From: Candidatus Buchananbacteria bacterium
GTDB taxonomy: Bacteria; Patescibacteriota; Patescibacteriia; Buchananbacterales; UBA6539
NCBI GenBank assembly: GCA_013359225.1
Contig: JABWCG010000001.1
Location: 360,021 to 424,020 of the forward strand
DNA length: 64,000 nucleotides
Reading direction: 5' to 3'
Positions 27,446 through 37,067 of this stretch are shown piece after piece. The notes beneath the pieces are model-generated. The model did not search any database, was not told where the DNA came from, and worked only from the letters and a program-made list of their open reading frames with translations. The first letter of the stretch is position 1; every line of letters begins with the position of its first letter. A program made the translations under genes and the position numbers.

Positions 27446-27450
27446 ATACA

Positions 27451-28311
27451 CTAACTACCAAATAATTTATTGATTTCCTGATATAGCTGCTGTATTTGCC
27501 GACCGTGAAAACCAAGGCGACTCAGTAAAGTATCTTGGTTGATCAACTGTTTACATAAAACGATATTATGATGAAGTAAATCCCGAACCTGCTGATGATT
27601 CAGGCTAATCAAAACAGTAATTGGGTATAACCCCCTATTTTCAATAAGTTCCTGAAGATTATCACCCTCACTGGCGTAATCCCAGCCAATTGCTTTAATC
27701 CCAACACAGCCGCAATAAATTTTTACTTCACCAGTCACTTTGGTGTTTGTTACCAGCCAACTTTGTAGCGTGGCTTCACGCGGTTTGGCGCCCTTATTTT
27801 TTTTAATATTCCAAGCCTCTTTAATATCTAAAAACCGAGCGTACGTGTACAACGCATCCTTACTGCCGGTTTTACCACCGCCATGAGAATGAAATTTAGC
27901 CTCAATGATAGCGTGAATATTTTTTTCATACTTTTCAGCAATCACGTCCACCTCATGAGAAATACATTTACCTCTAACAATAACATTGGTTTTTGTTTCA
28001 TACCCTTGTTCCTCCAATAAAGCCGCAAAATACTTTTCAAACGGAAAACCATCGGGGCCAAGACGCATAATTGCCTTTTTAAGATTATAACGAGCCGCAT
28101 AACTCTTGTCCTCTGATTTTAAAAGATCAAAAGCCAACCGATGAATCTGGGCCGTTGTAGTGCCTGGCTTTATTTTTGGTCTTATCTGGCTGATTACTCT
28201 TTTTGCTACCCCGCTAGCCACACCAGAAGACATCATTGATTTCTTTAATTTTATAATTGAAAAAATTTCTTTTTCTCCACTTGCTTTTTTAATTAAAATT
28301 TTTTTTGCCAT
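27451..28311 (-). CDS. ATP-cone domain protein fused to Mrr-like PD-(D/E)xK restriction-endonuclease-fold nuclease domain
   Basis: The N-terminal 90 aa (KILIKKASGEKEIFSIIKLKKSM...AARYNLKKAIMRL) resemble an NrdR/RNR ATP-cone. The central region (FEKYFAALLEEQGYE...HEVDVIAEK...IIEAKF) matches the Mrr_cat D...(D/E)xK core. The last 100 aa are unassigned. The start is set at ATG 28311 (MAKKIL), 10 nt after the ftsQ stop. Confidence 0.6.
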   Translation of the reverse strand: MAKKILIKKASGEKEIFSIIKLKKSMMSSGVASGVAKRVISQIRPKIKPGTTTAQIHRLAFDLLKSEDKSYAARYNLKKAIMRLGPDGFPFEKYFAALLEEQGYETKTNVIVRGKCISHEVDVIAEKYEKNIHAIIEAKFHSHGGGKTGSKDALYTYARFLDIKEAWNIKKNKGAKPREATLQSWLVTNTKVTGEVKIYCGCVGIKAIGWDYASEGDNLQELIENRGLYPITVLISLNHQQVRDLLHHNIVLCKQLINQDTLLSRLGFHGRQIQQLYQEINKLFGS

Positions 28312-28321
28312 ATATAAAATA

Positions 28322-29188
28322 TTACTTCCAAAACACCTTCTCGCCAAACCGCAAATCAATATAATCAAGTTTTGACCGGTCATTAGCGCGCTGTTTTAAA
28401 ACAATGGCTAATGAATTAATTTGAGATGTAACAGAATTTTGAAGGCTAAATTTTACCAGCCAGCCTTCTTGGGTAACGAGCGTAATATCTTGTGCGGCCG
28501 GTCGATTAATCTCATAATGTGCAATTTCAAAATCCGCCTCGGTCCTCAGGCGACTTGTCAACTCAAGAATGAAAGCAACCGTTTCGGGCGACAATATCGA
28601 TTCACCAACGTTCACTTCTCTATTGCTCAAATCTTTTATTAAAGGGTATTGACTTGCATTAACGCCAGAACGTATCACATTGCTACCGCTTTCTGTGTTC
28701 ATTACCAATGATTGGGGGTCAATCAGCTTGGTCGCCCTTCCTTCTAAATCAAGGTAGTATTGATTATTGGCGTTAGCCCAAATCACGCCCGAATTATTTC
28801 TTTGCAAATCAACTTCAATCTGATTAAAATATTTTTTCTTAATTTTAAAATCGTTCAATAAATAAGTTTGTTGGATTCTTTCTTCAGCCTGTTTCTTGTT
28901 AAAGAAAAAAATATTTGATTGATGAAACAATAACCAACGGCGTTCATCTAACTGGTCAGCAATCAGATTTTTTATTTCTTGATCATTTATAAACTCAACC
29001 CCTTTAACCGTAACGGACGTAATCTTGAAGTATTTCAACGTATCAAAAAAATAAGCACTCAATACCACTGCCAATAAAACTCCCACGAACACCAAGCGCT
29101 TTTTCTTTTTTAATGCAGTTTGACCGTCTTTTTTAGAAAAAAAAGGGTTATTAAGTTTTTTTCTCTGATAATCTATTCTTCTAGCCAT
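28322..29188 (-). CDS. ftsQ: cell division protein FtsQ/DivIB
   Basis: A single N-terminal TM segment, a POTRA-like region and a beta domain. It sits immediately downstream of ddl, as in dcw clusters. Confidence 0.65.
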   Translation of the reverse strand: MARRIDYQRKKLNNPFFSKKDGQTALKKKKRLVFVGVLLAVVLSAYFFDTLKYFKITSVTVKGVEFINDQEIKNLIADQLDERRWLLFHQSNIFFFNKKQAEERIQQTYLLNDFKIKKKYFNQIEVDLQRNNSGVIWANANNQYYLDLEGRATKLIDPQSLVMNTESGSNVIRSGVNASQYPLIKDLSNREVNVGESILSPETVAFILELTSRLRTEADFEIAHYEINRPAAQDITLVTQEGWLVKFSLQNSVTSQINSLAIVLKQRANDRSKLDYIDLRFGEKVFWK

Positions 29189-29191
29189 AAA

Positions 29192-30343
29192 TTATTTATA
29201 CCAGTCTTCTTTTGGCTGATAAGAAGTGGCAAGACTATTCTTTTCGCGATGTCGTTCAAGCGCTAAATCAATCAGTTGATCAAGTAATTTAGAATAGCTA
29301 AGTCCGGAAGCCTCCCAAAGTTTTGGATACATTGAGATAGAGGTGAAACCTGGAATTGTATTGACTTCATTTAGGTAGACTTTATGATTTTTCTTTTTTA
29401 CCAAAAAATCAACCCTGGCTAGTCCGGAAAGGTTCAAGGCTCTAAACGCCATTTCGGCGATTAATCTGATTTCTTTAATGGTCTTTTTCGGCAACCGAGC
29501 CGGTATTACTGCTTGAGATTTGCCGTCAACATATTTAGCATCGTAATCATAAAATTCGTTGGAAGAAATAATCTCACCAGGCACCGACGCTTTTGGTTTA
29601 TCATTGCCCAAAACCGAAACTTCAATTTCTCTAATATCTTCTATCCCCTGCTCAACAATAATTTTTCGGTCATATTTTAATGCATCAATAATTCCATTGA
29701 TCAACTCTTTTCGATTATGGCATTTACCGATACCAACGCTTGAACCAAGATTGGCCGGTTTTGTAAACATCGGGTACCCCAACTTTTTTTCCAAACGACT
29801 AATTATTTTTGATCGATTATTTTTGAATTCCTTTTTAAAAAACCAATCATACCTAACGCTCGGCAATCCCGCTAGATCAGTTAATTGTTTTTGGACAACC
29901 TTATCCATTGCCAAAGCCGACCCCAAAACCTCTGAACCAACGTAGGCAATATTTGCCATTTCCAATAAGCCTTGCAACTTACCGTCTTCGCCGTAAGTAC
30001 CATGAACCAACGGAAAAACAACATCAATTTCGGTCATTGTTGGCTTGAAATTTGAAGTTGATTTCAAACTGCTTGTTTTAATATTCATCAAACTTTTTTC
30101 GGTTGGGTCAGGCGCAAAAATTGATTTAAAAGGGAGCTGCCTCATCCCCTCTTTTAAAAAATAAACTGCTTGGTTACCACTAATCCAGCGGCCTTCTTTG
30201 GTGATACCAATAGGAATAACTTGGTACTTTTTTTTGTCCAAAGCCTTCATTACGGAAACGGCTGAAACAATAGAAACTTCGTGTTCGCCGGAACGACCGC
30301 CAAAAATTACCCCAACCTTTATTTTTTTACTAATTTTAGCCAT
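29192..30343 (-). CDS. ddl: D-alanine--D-alanine ligase
   Basis: The N-terminal domain ([16 protein letters not shown]), an ATP-grasp core and the C-terminal motifs ([11 protein letters not shown]) are present. Confidence 0.9.
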   Translation of the reverse strand: MAKISKKIKVGVIFGGRSGEHEVSIVSAVSVMKALDKKKYQVIPIGITKEGRWISGNQAVYFLKEGMRQLPFKSIFAPDPTEKSLMNIKTSSLKSTSNFKPTMTEIDVVFPLVHGTYGEDGKLQGLLEMANIAYVGSEVLGSALAMDKVVQKQLTDLAGLPSVRYDWFFKKEFKNNRSKIISRLEKKLGYPMFTKPANLGSSVGIGKCHNRKELINGIIDALKYDRKIIVEQGIEDIREIEVSVLGNDKPKASVPGEIISSNEFYDYDAKYVDGKSQAVIPARLPKKTIKEIRLIAEMAFRALNLSGLARVDFLVKKKNHKVYLNEVNTIPGFTSISMYPKLWEASGLSYSKLLDQLIDLALERHREKNSLATSYQPKEDWYK

Positions 30344-30359
30344 TTTTTTACTATACTAA

Positions 30360-31607
30360 TTACTTTTTCTCAATTTTCTTAAACCCACAATATTTTTGCA
30401 GCGGTTTAGGAATATTCACGCTGCCATCTTCATTTTGAAACTGTTCTAAAATTGCCGGGAACAATCGACTGGTTGCTAACCCCGAAGCGTTTAAAGTATG
30501 AACGAACTCATTCTTACCGGTCTCTGGATTTTTGAACCGAATGTTTCCTCTTCGAGCCTGATAATCAAGGGCGTTAGAAACGCTGCTAACTTCTTTATAA
30601 ATCTCCATACTTGGTATCCAAACTTCAACATCAATTGTTTTAGCCATTGCCGATGAAGCGTCACCAGCTGCCAGTTGCACCGTTTGATAATGCAAACCCA
30701 ATCCTTCAACTAAGCTGGAGGCATTCTCAATCAATTCATCAAAAGATTCCCATGATTGTTCTGGCTTAGCATAATGAAACATTTCAATTTTATTAAATTG
30801 ATGACCACGAATCATCCCCCGCTCTTCCTTGCGGTACCCCCCGGCTTCACGCCGAAAACAAGTTGAATATGCCGCGTATTTTATCGGCAAGTCGTCAATG
30901 GCCAAAATTTCATCACGGTGATAATTACCAAGCATCATTTCACTAGTGGCATTAAGGCAAGTTTTGTCCTGAGTCCAAAACAAGTCATCGCGGAATTTAG
31001 GCAAATGGCCAGAAGTATAGGCCGATTCTTCAGTTAATAAAAACGGCGGAATCATAAAAATATAGCCATTCTTCTGGTGAAATCCAATAAAATAATTAAG
31101 TAATGCCCATTCTAAAATTGCCCCCTGGCCACGATACACCCAAAAACCAGTACCAGACATTTTGACCGCTCGCTCATAATCAATAATGCCTAAATCGGTT
31201 GCCAGCTGGTAGTGATCTTTTGGCGTAAATTTAAAGTCGGGTTTTTTACCAAAACTTTTTAAAACTTTATTATTCTCCTTCCCACCAGCCAAAACATCAT
31301 CAGCCGGTAGATTTGGCAGGGCAGAAAGTTTCTCTTTAAATTCAGCCTCTACTTCCCTAACTTTATCATCTAATTTTTTAATCTGATCGCCGACCGATTT
31401 CATTTTTGCAATGACTTCCGGACTTGGTTTAGTCTTAGAAAATTTATTTCGTTCAGCCTTAAGGTTTTCGGATTCTTGTAATAATTTTCGACGCTGATCG
31501 TCAATGGCCAAAATTTCATCAAGTTGCAAATCTTTTTTATCCAGGCGCTTCAGCAAAGCTGCTTCTACTTCCGCTCGCGACTCCCTAATTTTATTAATGT
31601 CTAACAT
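30360..31607 (-). CDS. serS: seryl-tRNA synthetase
   Basis: An N-terminal coiled-coil arm plus class-II motifs (FRREAGG..., GLATSR). Confidence 0.9.
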   Translation of the reverse strand: MLDINKIRESRAEVEAALLKRLDKKDLQLDEILAIDDQRRKLLQESENLKAERNKFSKTKPSPEVIAKMKSVGDQIKKLDDKVREVEAEFKEKLSALPNLPADDVLAGGKENNKVLKSFGKKPDFKFTPKDHYQLATDLGIIDYERAVKMSGTGFWVYRGQGAILEWALLNYFIGFHQKNGYIFMIPPFLLTEESAYTSGHLPKFRDDLFWTQDKTCLNATSEMMLGNYHRDEILAIDDLPIKYAAYSTCFRREAGGYRKEERGMIRGHQFNKIEMFHYAKPEQSWESFDELIENASSLVEGLGLHYQTVQLAAGDASSAMAKTIDVEVWIPSMEIYKEVSSVSNALDYQARRGNIRFKNPETGKNEFVHTLNASGLATSRLFPAILEQFQNEDGSVNIPKPLQKYCGFKKIEKK

Positions 31608-31613
31608 ACGTGA

Positions 31614-32009
31614 TTATTTTTTAGCTTTAAGTTTCGAAGATTTATAGATCTCTGGTTGATATGCTTCCAATCGAACAATATTGATTTCTGGAAATTTAGC
31701 CGCTAAATTTCCAGTAAATACCTCTTGATCATACCCCAGACAAATAACCTGCGGCCGTTTTGTCCTGATAATTTCATGCGGGTCACCCTCACCACCCAAA
31801 ATCACCTCATCGGCGACACCGGCTTCCTGCACCGCCACCAAACGTTCATCTTCTGAAAAGTCTGGCTTTTTACCCTTAATCGTTTCAACATTTCTGTCCC
31901 GAGCAACAACCACAATTAAATAATCACCATAGGCTCTGGCTTGCCGAAAAAAATCAAGATGGCCATCGTGCAAGATATCAAAAGTTCCAAAAACCATTAC
32001 ACGCTTCAT
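31614..32009 (-). CDS. cytidylyl/adenylyl-transferase-like nucleotidyltransferase (HxGH family)
   Basis: VFGTFDILHDGHLDFF carries the HxGH nucleotidyltransferase motif, as in FAD synthase RibL or glycerol-3-phosphate cytidylyltransferase-type proteins. The substrate is unknown. Confidence 0.7.
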   Translation of the reverse strand: MKRVMVFGTFDILHDGHLDFFRQARAYGDYLIVVVARDRNVETIKGKKPDFSEDERLVAVQEAGVADEVILGGEGDPHEIIRTKRPQVICLGYDQEVFTGNLAAKFPEINIVRLEAYQPEIYKSSKLKAKK

Positions 32010-32019
32010 AGCGATTAAA

Positions 32020-32436
32020 TTACTTATCTAATTTGAAAAATTTTCTTAAAAATTCGTCGCTGAAGAAATATAATGTCATCAATGAGATTGCCACAGTTAC
32101 TACCGCCGGTAAATAGTATCCAGCACCTACAGCTAAGCCAATAGCTGAAACAACCCAAACCATCGCCGCGGTAGTAATTCCATGAACTTCACTGCGACCA
32201 TGAATAATCAATCCACCGCCGATAAAACCAATACCCGTCACCACTCCGGCAGCGATTCGCGCCGAATCAAAATCAAACATAAGAGAAATTATCATCACCA
32301 AAGCTGAACCCGTTCCAACAAGAATATTTGTTCTCAATCCGGCTGGTTTGTCCTTAAATTCTCGTTCAATACCCAGCAAAGCCGACAAAAATGCTGCCAG
32401 CAGCAGGCGGATAATAATATCGTTTGTTTCAATCAT
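32020..32436 (-). CDS. MgtC/SapB-family membrane protein
   Basis: IIRLLLAAFLSALLGIEREFKDKPAGLRTNILVGTGSALV matches the MgtC N-terminal domain. Confidence 0.8.
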   Translation of the reverse strand: MIETNDIIIRLLLAAFLSALLGIEREFKDKPAGLRTNILVGTGSALVMIISLMFDFDSARIAAGVVTGIGFIGGGLIIHGRSEVHGITTAAMVWVVSAIGLAVGAGYYLPAVVTVAISLMTLYFFSDEFLRKFFKLDK

Positions 32437-32440
32437 ATAT

Positions 32441-33919
32441 TTATTTTTCCGGACGTAGTAATGGGAATAATACTACATCTCGTAAATTATCTTGTTGACT
32501 TAAAAGCGTGATTAGGCGATCGACGCCCATTCCCCAGCCGGACATCGGCGGTGCGCCGTGTTCCAAAGCCCGCACAAAGTCATCATCCTTGCCGTGAGCC
32601 TCGTCGTCTCCCTGAGCTTTGGCCTTGGCTTGAGTTTCAAAGCGGTTTTTCTGATCAACCGGATCAACCAATTCAGAATAAGCATTAACCACTTCCCAGG
32701 TATTGATCACCAGCTGGAAGCGGTCGACGATAGCAGGGTTTTGATCGTTACGCCGCGCCAGAGGCGAAACGTCCACCGGATGATTAATAACGAACGTTGG
32801 CTGAATAATCTTTGGCCGCGATACCTCTTTATAAAGCGCATCAATCAAATTGCCGCGGCCGAGATTCTCAACGTTTTCCAAAGCAATCTTTTTCTTTTTG
32901 ATTTGGGTGCGTAATTCCGTAACGGTTTTACAGGCGTCAATATCAATACCCGAATCTTTCAAAATCAGATCACGAAATGACACAGTCTTAAACGGCGGTT
33001 TAAAATCAACCTTAACTGCTTGGCCGGTCCGGTCTTTAATAGTAACAGTGGTAGTGCCAAACAATTTTTTAAGCAGAGTGCCAAACAATTTTTCGGTGAA
33101 ACGCATGTTATCTTCATAGTTCCAATAGGCAACATAATGCTCAACCGAGGTGTAATCCTGAAGATGCGACGGATCAATGCCTTCGTTTCGAAACAAACGG
33201 CCGAGCTCAAACACCTTTTCAAATCCGCCAACAACCGCTTCCTTTAAATAGGTTTCGGGTGCGATGCGCAGGTAAACGTCAATATCAAGAGCGTTATGAT
33301 GAGTTTTGAATGGCTTGGCCAGGGCGCCGGAAGCAGTATTGGTCAAGATTGGCGTTTCTAGTTCAATAAAACCTTCCTGCCAATAAAACTCCCGCAAAGC
33401 TCTGATAAAGTTACTACGAAAAACAAATCGATCATACGTCGTTTTATCTGAAATCAAATCCAAATAGCGTTGGCGATATTTTAATTCCTGATCTTTTATA
33501 CCGTGCCACTTTTCTGGCAAGGGCCGTAAAGCCTTAGCCAACATCACAAAAGTTTTAACCAAAATGGAAATTTCACCTTTTTGGGTCTTAAAAATTTCAC
33601 CCTCAACACCGATAAAATCTCCCGGGTCAAAAATCTTCAAAAAACTTTTAAATTCTTCTTTGCCAATTTCATCCTGTTTTAAAACAATTTGAATTTTTCC
33701 CGAGGCGTCCTGAATATGCCCAAAAGATATTTTACCCATATCGCGCAGGGTTAAAATACGCCCCGCTGTTTTAACCTTTGCCCCAAGCCTTGATGTCAGG
33801 GCATCCGAAATGGAGTGGGTTTTATCAAACTTATCCGGAAAGGGGTTTATGCCCTGTTCGGCAATTTTTTTTAATTTTTGAAGACGAGTCTGATACTCGT
33901 CATTTAGCATTTCAGGCAT
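32441..33919 (-). CDS. lysS: lysyl-tRNA synthetase, class II
   Basis: An OB-fold anticodon-binding N-terminus and class-II motifs 1-3 (e.g. GMGVDRLITLL...LFP). Confidence 0.9.
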   Translation of the reverse strand: MPEMLNDEYQTRLQKLKKIAEQGINPFPDKFDKTHSISDALTSRLGAKVKTAGRILTLRDMGKISFGHIQDASGKIQIVLKQDEIGKEEFKSFLKIFDPGDFIGVEGEIFKTQKGEISILVKTFVMLAKALRPLPEKWHGIKDQELKYRQRYLDLISDKTTYDRFVFRSNFIRALREFYWQEGFIELETPILTNTASGALAKPFKTHHNALDIDVYLRIAPETYLKEAVVGGFEKVFELGRLFRNEGIDPSHLQDYTSVEHYVAYWNYEDNMRFTEKLFGTLLKKLFGTTTVTIKDRTGQAVKVDFKPPFKTVSFRDLILKDSGIDIDACKTVTELRTQIKKKKIALENVENLGRGNLIDALYKEVSRPKIIQPTFVINHPVDVSPLARRNDQNPAIVDRFQLVINTWEVVNAYSELVDPVDQKNRFETQAKAKAQGDDEAHGKDDDFVRALEHGAPPMSGWGMGVDRLITLLSQQDNLRDVVLFPLLRPEK

Positions 33920-33978
33920 AGATATAATGATATTTTATAGAGTAATTTTACTAAAAAAACCAATTTTAGTCAAAAACA

Positions 33979-34004
33979 AAAATGCCGCTTTAAAGCGGCA
34001 TTTT
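33979..34004 (-). terminator. palindromic terminator after greA (AAAATGCCGCTT TA AAGCGGCATTTT)
   Basis: A perfect palindrome with A- and T-runs on both sides. It lies 17 nt downstream of the greA stop on the minus strand. Confidence 0.75.
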
Positions 34005-34021
34005 AAGCTAAAAATTAGCTA

Positions 34022-34480
34022 TTATTCAATTTCTAAAACTTCACATTCCATTTCACCCCGAGGCACCCGCACTTTGACCTTATCGCCTTTCTTTCTGCCA
34101 AGAAAACTACGGCCAATCGGCGATTCATTCGAAATCAAACCCTGGGCCGGATCAGCTTCATTCGAACCGACGATTGTGTATGTAAACTTATTGCCATCGC
34201 AGGTGACTTTAATAGTACTGCCGATATCAACGTAATCTCGATTATTCTTTTGTTCAATCACATGAGATTTATTAATCAAATGCTCAAGCTCCGCGATCCG
34301 TCCGGCAATAAAGCCCTGTTCATCTTTAGCATCTTGATATTCGGCGTTCTCTGATAAATCACCAAGTTCTTTAGCCCGCGCAATCCTCTCAATTACTTCA
34401 GGCATCTTGGTTTTTTTAAGAAGCTCTAGCTCTTCTTTTAGCTTCTCCAAACCGTTTTTAGTAATATAGTTCTGACCCAT
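34022..34480 (-). CDS. greA: transcription elongation factor GreA
   Basis: An N-terminal coiled-coil (ITKNGLEKLKEELELLK) and a C-terminal FKBP-like domain. Confidence 0.9.
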   Translation of the reverse strand: MGQNYITKNGLEKLKEELELLKKTKMPEVIERIARAKELGDLSENAEYQDAKDEQGFIAGRIAELEHLINKSHVIEQKNNRDYVDIGSTIKVTCDGNKFTYTIVGSNEADPAQGLISNESPIGRSFLGRKKGDKVKVRVPRGEMECEVLEIE

Positions 34481-34685
34481 AATTTTAAATTGAATTTATA
34501 TAAAAAATACAGTCAATTTCCTGTATTTAACCGACAACTCTTATTTAATTAGTCTCGGTATTTAGAAGAATTGTATTCTGATTAACTCTCATTGTCAAGC
34601 GTTATAAAAATACTTATCCACAATACAAAAAGAAAGACGGTATTCCTTACTATACAAGATGGCCAAAAACAAGTCAACCTAAATG

Positions 34686-35060
34686 CTACAATTGGCAACC
34701 GGTCTTTTCTGATAATGCCTGCAACGACATCACCCCAACCTGTCGCTGACCGTTAAATTCCCAGGTTGGATATGATTCAATTTTAGCCTGCTGACAAACA
34801 ATGGTTTGACTCTGGCCATTTGAACTTGAACACTCAACATACGGCAATAATCGTTCTGAGCGGCCAAACAGGTCTTTTTGACTATTGCAAGCGCTACACC
34901 AAAACGCGCCGTAAAATTTTGCGCCACTATCGCTAATGCATCGAGCAAACGAGTCAAGCTCGCCCGGACGGTTATTGTTGATAATTAATACTACAAACAA
35001 AATAATAACCAAAACAATCACGCCAATCCATGGCAACTTCTTTTTTATTTTTTGATTCAT
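34686..35060 (-). CDS. membrane-anchored thioredoxin-like protein (CSAC active site)
   Basis: An N-terminal TM anchor followed by FYGAFWCSACNSQK, a thioredoxin-fold CxxC motif as found in VKOR-associated Trx domains. Confidence 0.55.
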   Translation of the reverse strand: MNQKIKKKLPWIGVIVLVIILFVVLIINNNRPGELDSFARCISDSGAKFYGAFWCSACNSQKDLFGRSERLLPYVECSSSNGQSQTIVCQQAKIESYPTWEFNGQRQVGVMSLQALSEKTGCQL

Positions 35061-35102
35061 ACGTATATTATTTATTTAATAGTTATATCTAATTATATAT
35101 GA

Positions 35103-37055
35103 TTATCTATTTTCTGACCACCATTTTAGTATATCATACACTACCGGGATTGCTACTCGACTACCCTCGCCACTTTCTTCAGCCAACACTGTTAAAACAA
35201 TTTGGGGGTTTTCATATGGTGCAAATGCCGTTGCCCAAGCATGATTCTCTTTGTTGCTTGACCATTGCGCCGTACCGGTTTTAGCTGCAGCAGCGATAGG
35301 CAACCCCGATAAATAACGAGCACTACCACTGGTCACCCCTTGGCGCAAGCCGGCGCTAATGGCTGCAATATTTTTTTGACTGATGAAGTTTTGATTAATC
35401 ACTCTTGGCTTTGCCGTTTCAATTAAGTTATTTTCTGAGTCAAGGATCTCTTTAACAAGATACGGCTGATACAAAATGCCACTATTGGCAAATACCGAGG
35501 TCCAGGCCGCTACCTGCAGAGGTGTAACTAGAATATCTCCTTGGCCAATTGATATGTTATATGTATCACCAATATACCAAATTTCATTTTTGGTTTTTTC
35601 TTTCCATTCCGGGTCAGGGAAAAAACCGTCTGCTTCATTTGGTAAATCAATGCCAAGCGGCTTGGTTAAACCAAAAGCTTGCGCATACTTTTTAATCCTA
35701 TTAACACCAAGTCCCTCAAAATCGTTATAGCCGCCACCAACCATATAAAAATAGGTATTAACCGATTCGGCAATTGCTTTATAAATTGTGGTCCAGCCAT
35801 GACCACCGGCTTTCCAATCGGGAAAAAACCACTTGCCCACCGCCACGCCGCCGACGCTGTTAAATCCGGTATTGACGTTTGCAACCCCTTCTTCTAAGGC
35901 CGCGGCGCCGACCACCAGCTTAAACGTTGATCCGGACGGATACTCGCCGCTGATCGCCCGCGGGAATAAAGGTTTATCAGGATCATTAATCAGATTCGAG
36001 AAATCTTCCTGTTTAATGCCGCGCGTGAATAAATTATTATCATATGCCGGTAAACTCACCATAATCAAAACTTCGCCTGATTTTGGATCTAAGCCGATGA
36101 CTGCTCCCCGATTTTTATTGTTAGCCTTTAAATTCTTACGTAAACTTTCTTCAGCCACTTTCTGCAGCTCTGAATCAATCGTCAAAACCAAATTATTTCC
36201 GGGCAAAGCTTTTTGATAGGCTAAAATTTCTTTTGTTTCACCCAAGGCGTCAACCTCAACCTGCTCCTTGCCGTTTACTCCCTTTAACTTTTTCTCATAC
36301 GACATTTCTAAACCGGCTTTTCCAATATAATCATCAATAAGATACCCGTTGGCCAAGTATTCTTGAAGCTTGCTTTCTTCAATTTTTCCAGTATACCCCA
36401 AAATATGAGACAGACTAGGCTGGTTTGGCGTTGTCAGATAATGACGATAACTATTTGAATATAATGTTACTCCAGGGTAACGGCTGCTGATAATTTCTGT
36501 AACAATTGCCTGATCATCGGTTAAATTCTCGCGTAATACCAACGGTTGATACGAATACGGCGACTGCTCCTTCATTAAATTGTAGATTTCCTCGCCTGAT
36601 TTCTCGGCAATCGGCGACAACTCTTCAGCCAGCCTTCGACGCTCATCTTCATCGTGCGGCAAGTCAACCGGAATAACCGCCAAAGAAAAGGCTGAAATAT
36701 TTTCAACAAGTAGATTGCGGTGGCGGTCGTAAATCACTCCACGACTGGCTTTAATGTCTCTAATTCGAATTCGATTCCCCTCAGCAACGGTACTAAAATG
36801 ATTACCCTGAGAAATTTGCAAATAAGCGGCCCGCCCAAGCAAAATTAACAATCCAAACATGATTAAAACTAGCCACAAGTTTATCGCTTGTACATTAACC
36901 AAAGAACCCAGTGAAGTGGTATTGTTCGGATTTGATTTTCTTGAGGCAAACGAGTCTACCTCAAGCCATTTGCCGTTGGCCCGGCGGCTCACTCGATAGT
37001 CTTTTGAGCCGCTATCTACACTAATGACAAACGGATTACGGTTATGGTATATCAT
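35103..37055 (-). CDS. mrdA: peptidoglycan D,D-transpeptidase PBP2 (elongasome)
   Basis: A TM anchor, a dimerisation domain, and a transpeptidase domain with SxxK (STFK), SxN and KTG (KTGTA) motifs. Adjacent to mreBCD. Confidence 0.85.
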   Translation of the reverse strand: MIYHNRNPFVISVDSGSKDYRVSRRANGKWLEVDSFASRKSNPNNTTSLGSLVNVQAINLWLVLIMFGLLILLGRAAYLQISQGNHFSTVAEGNRIRIRDIKASRGVIYDRHRNLLVENISAFSLAVIPVDLPHDEDERRRLAEELSPIAEKSGEEIYNLMKEQSPYSYQPLVLRENLTDDQAIVTEIISSRYPGVTLYSNSYRHYLTTPNQPSLSHILGYTGKIEESKLQEYLANGYLIDDYIGKAGLEMSYEKKLKGVNGKEQVEVDALGETKEILAYQKALPGNNLVLTIDSELQKVAEESLRKNLKANNKNRGAVIGLDPKSGEVLIMVSLPAYDNNLFTRGIKQEDFSNLINDPDKPLFPRAISGEYPSGSTFKLVVGAAALEEGVANVNTGFNSVGGVAVGKWFFPDWKAGGHGWTTIYKAIAESVNTYFYMVGGGYNDFEGLGVNRIKKYAQAFGLTKPLGIDLPNEADGFFPDPEWKEKTKNEIWYIGDTYNISIGQGDILVTPLQVAAWTSVFANSGILYQPYLVKEILDSENNLIETAKPRVINQNFISQKNIAAISAGLRQGVTSGSARYLSGLPIAAAAKTGTAQWSSNKENHAWATAFAPYENPQIVLTVLAEESGEGSRVAIPVVYDILKWWSENR

Positions 37056-37067
37056 TATGATAAAACA

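Noticed and set aside
33927-34235. 102-aa + strand ORF
   Set aside because: It overlaps the greA terminator and is antisense to greA, with a low-complexity translation. It is spurious.
27124-34602. DnaA boxes as evidence for oriC
   Set aside because: The three perfect boxes are 7-16 kb apart and are not next to dnaA/dnaN or an AT-rich DNA-unwinding element. This is not an origin.
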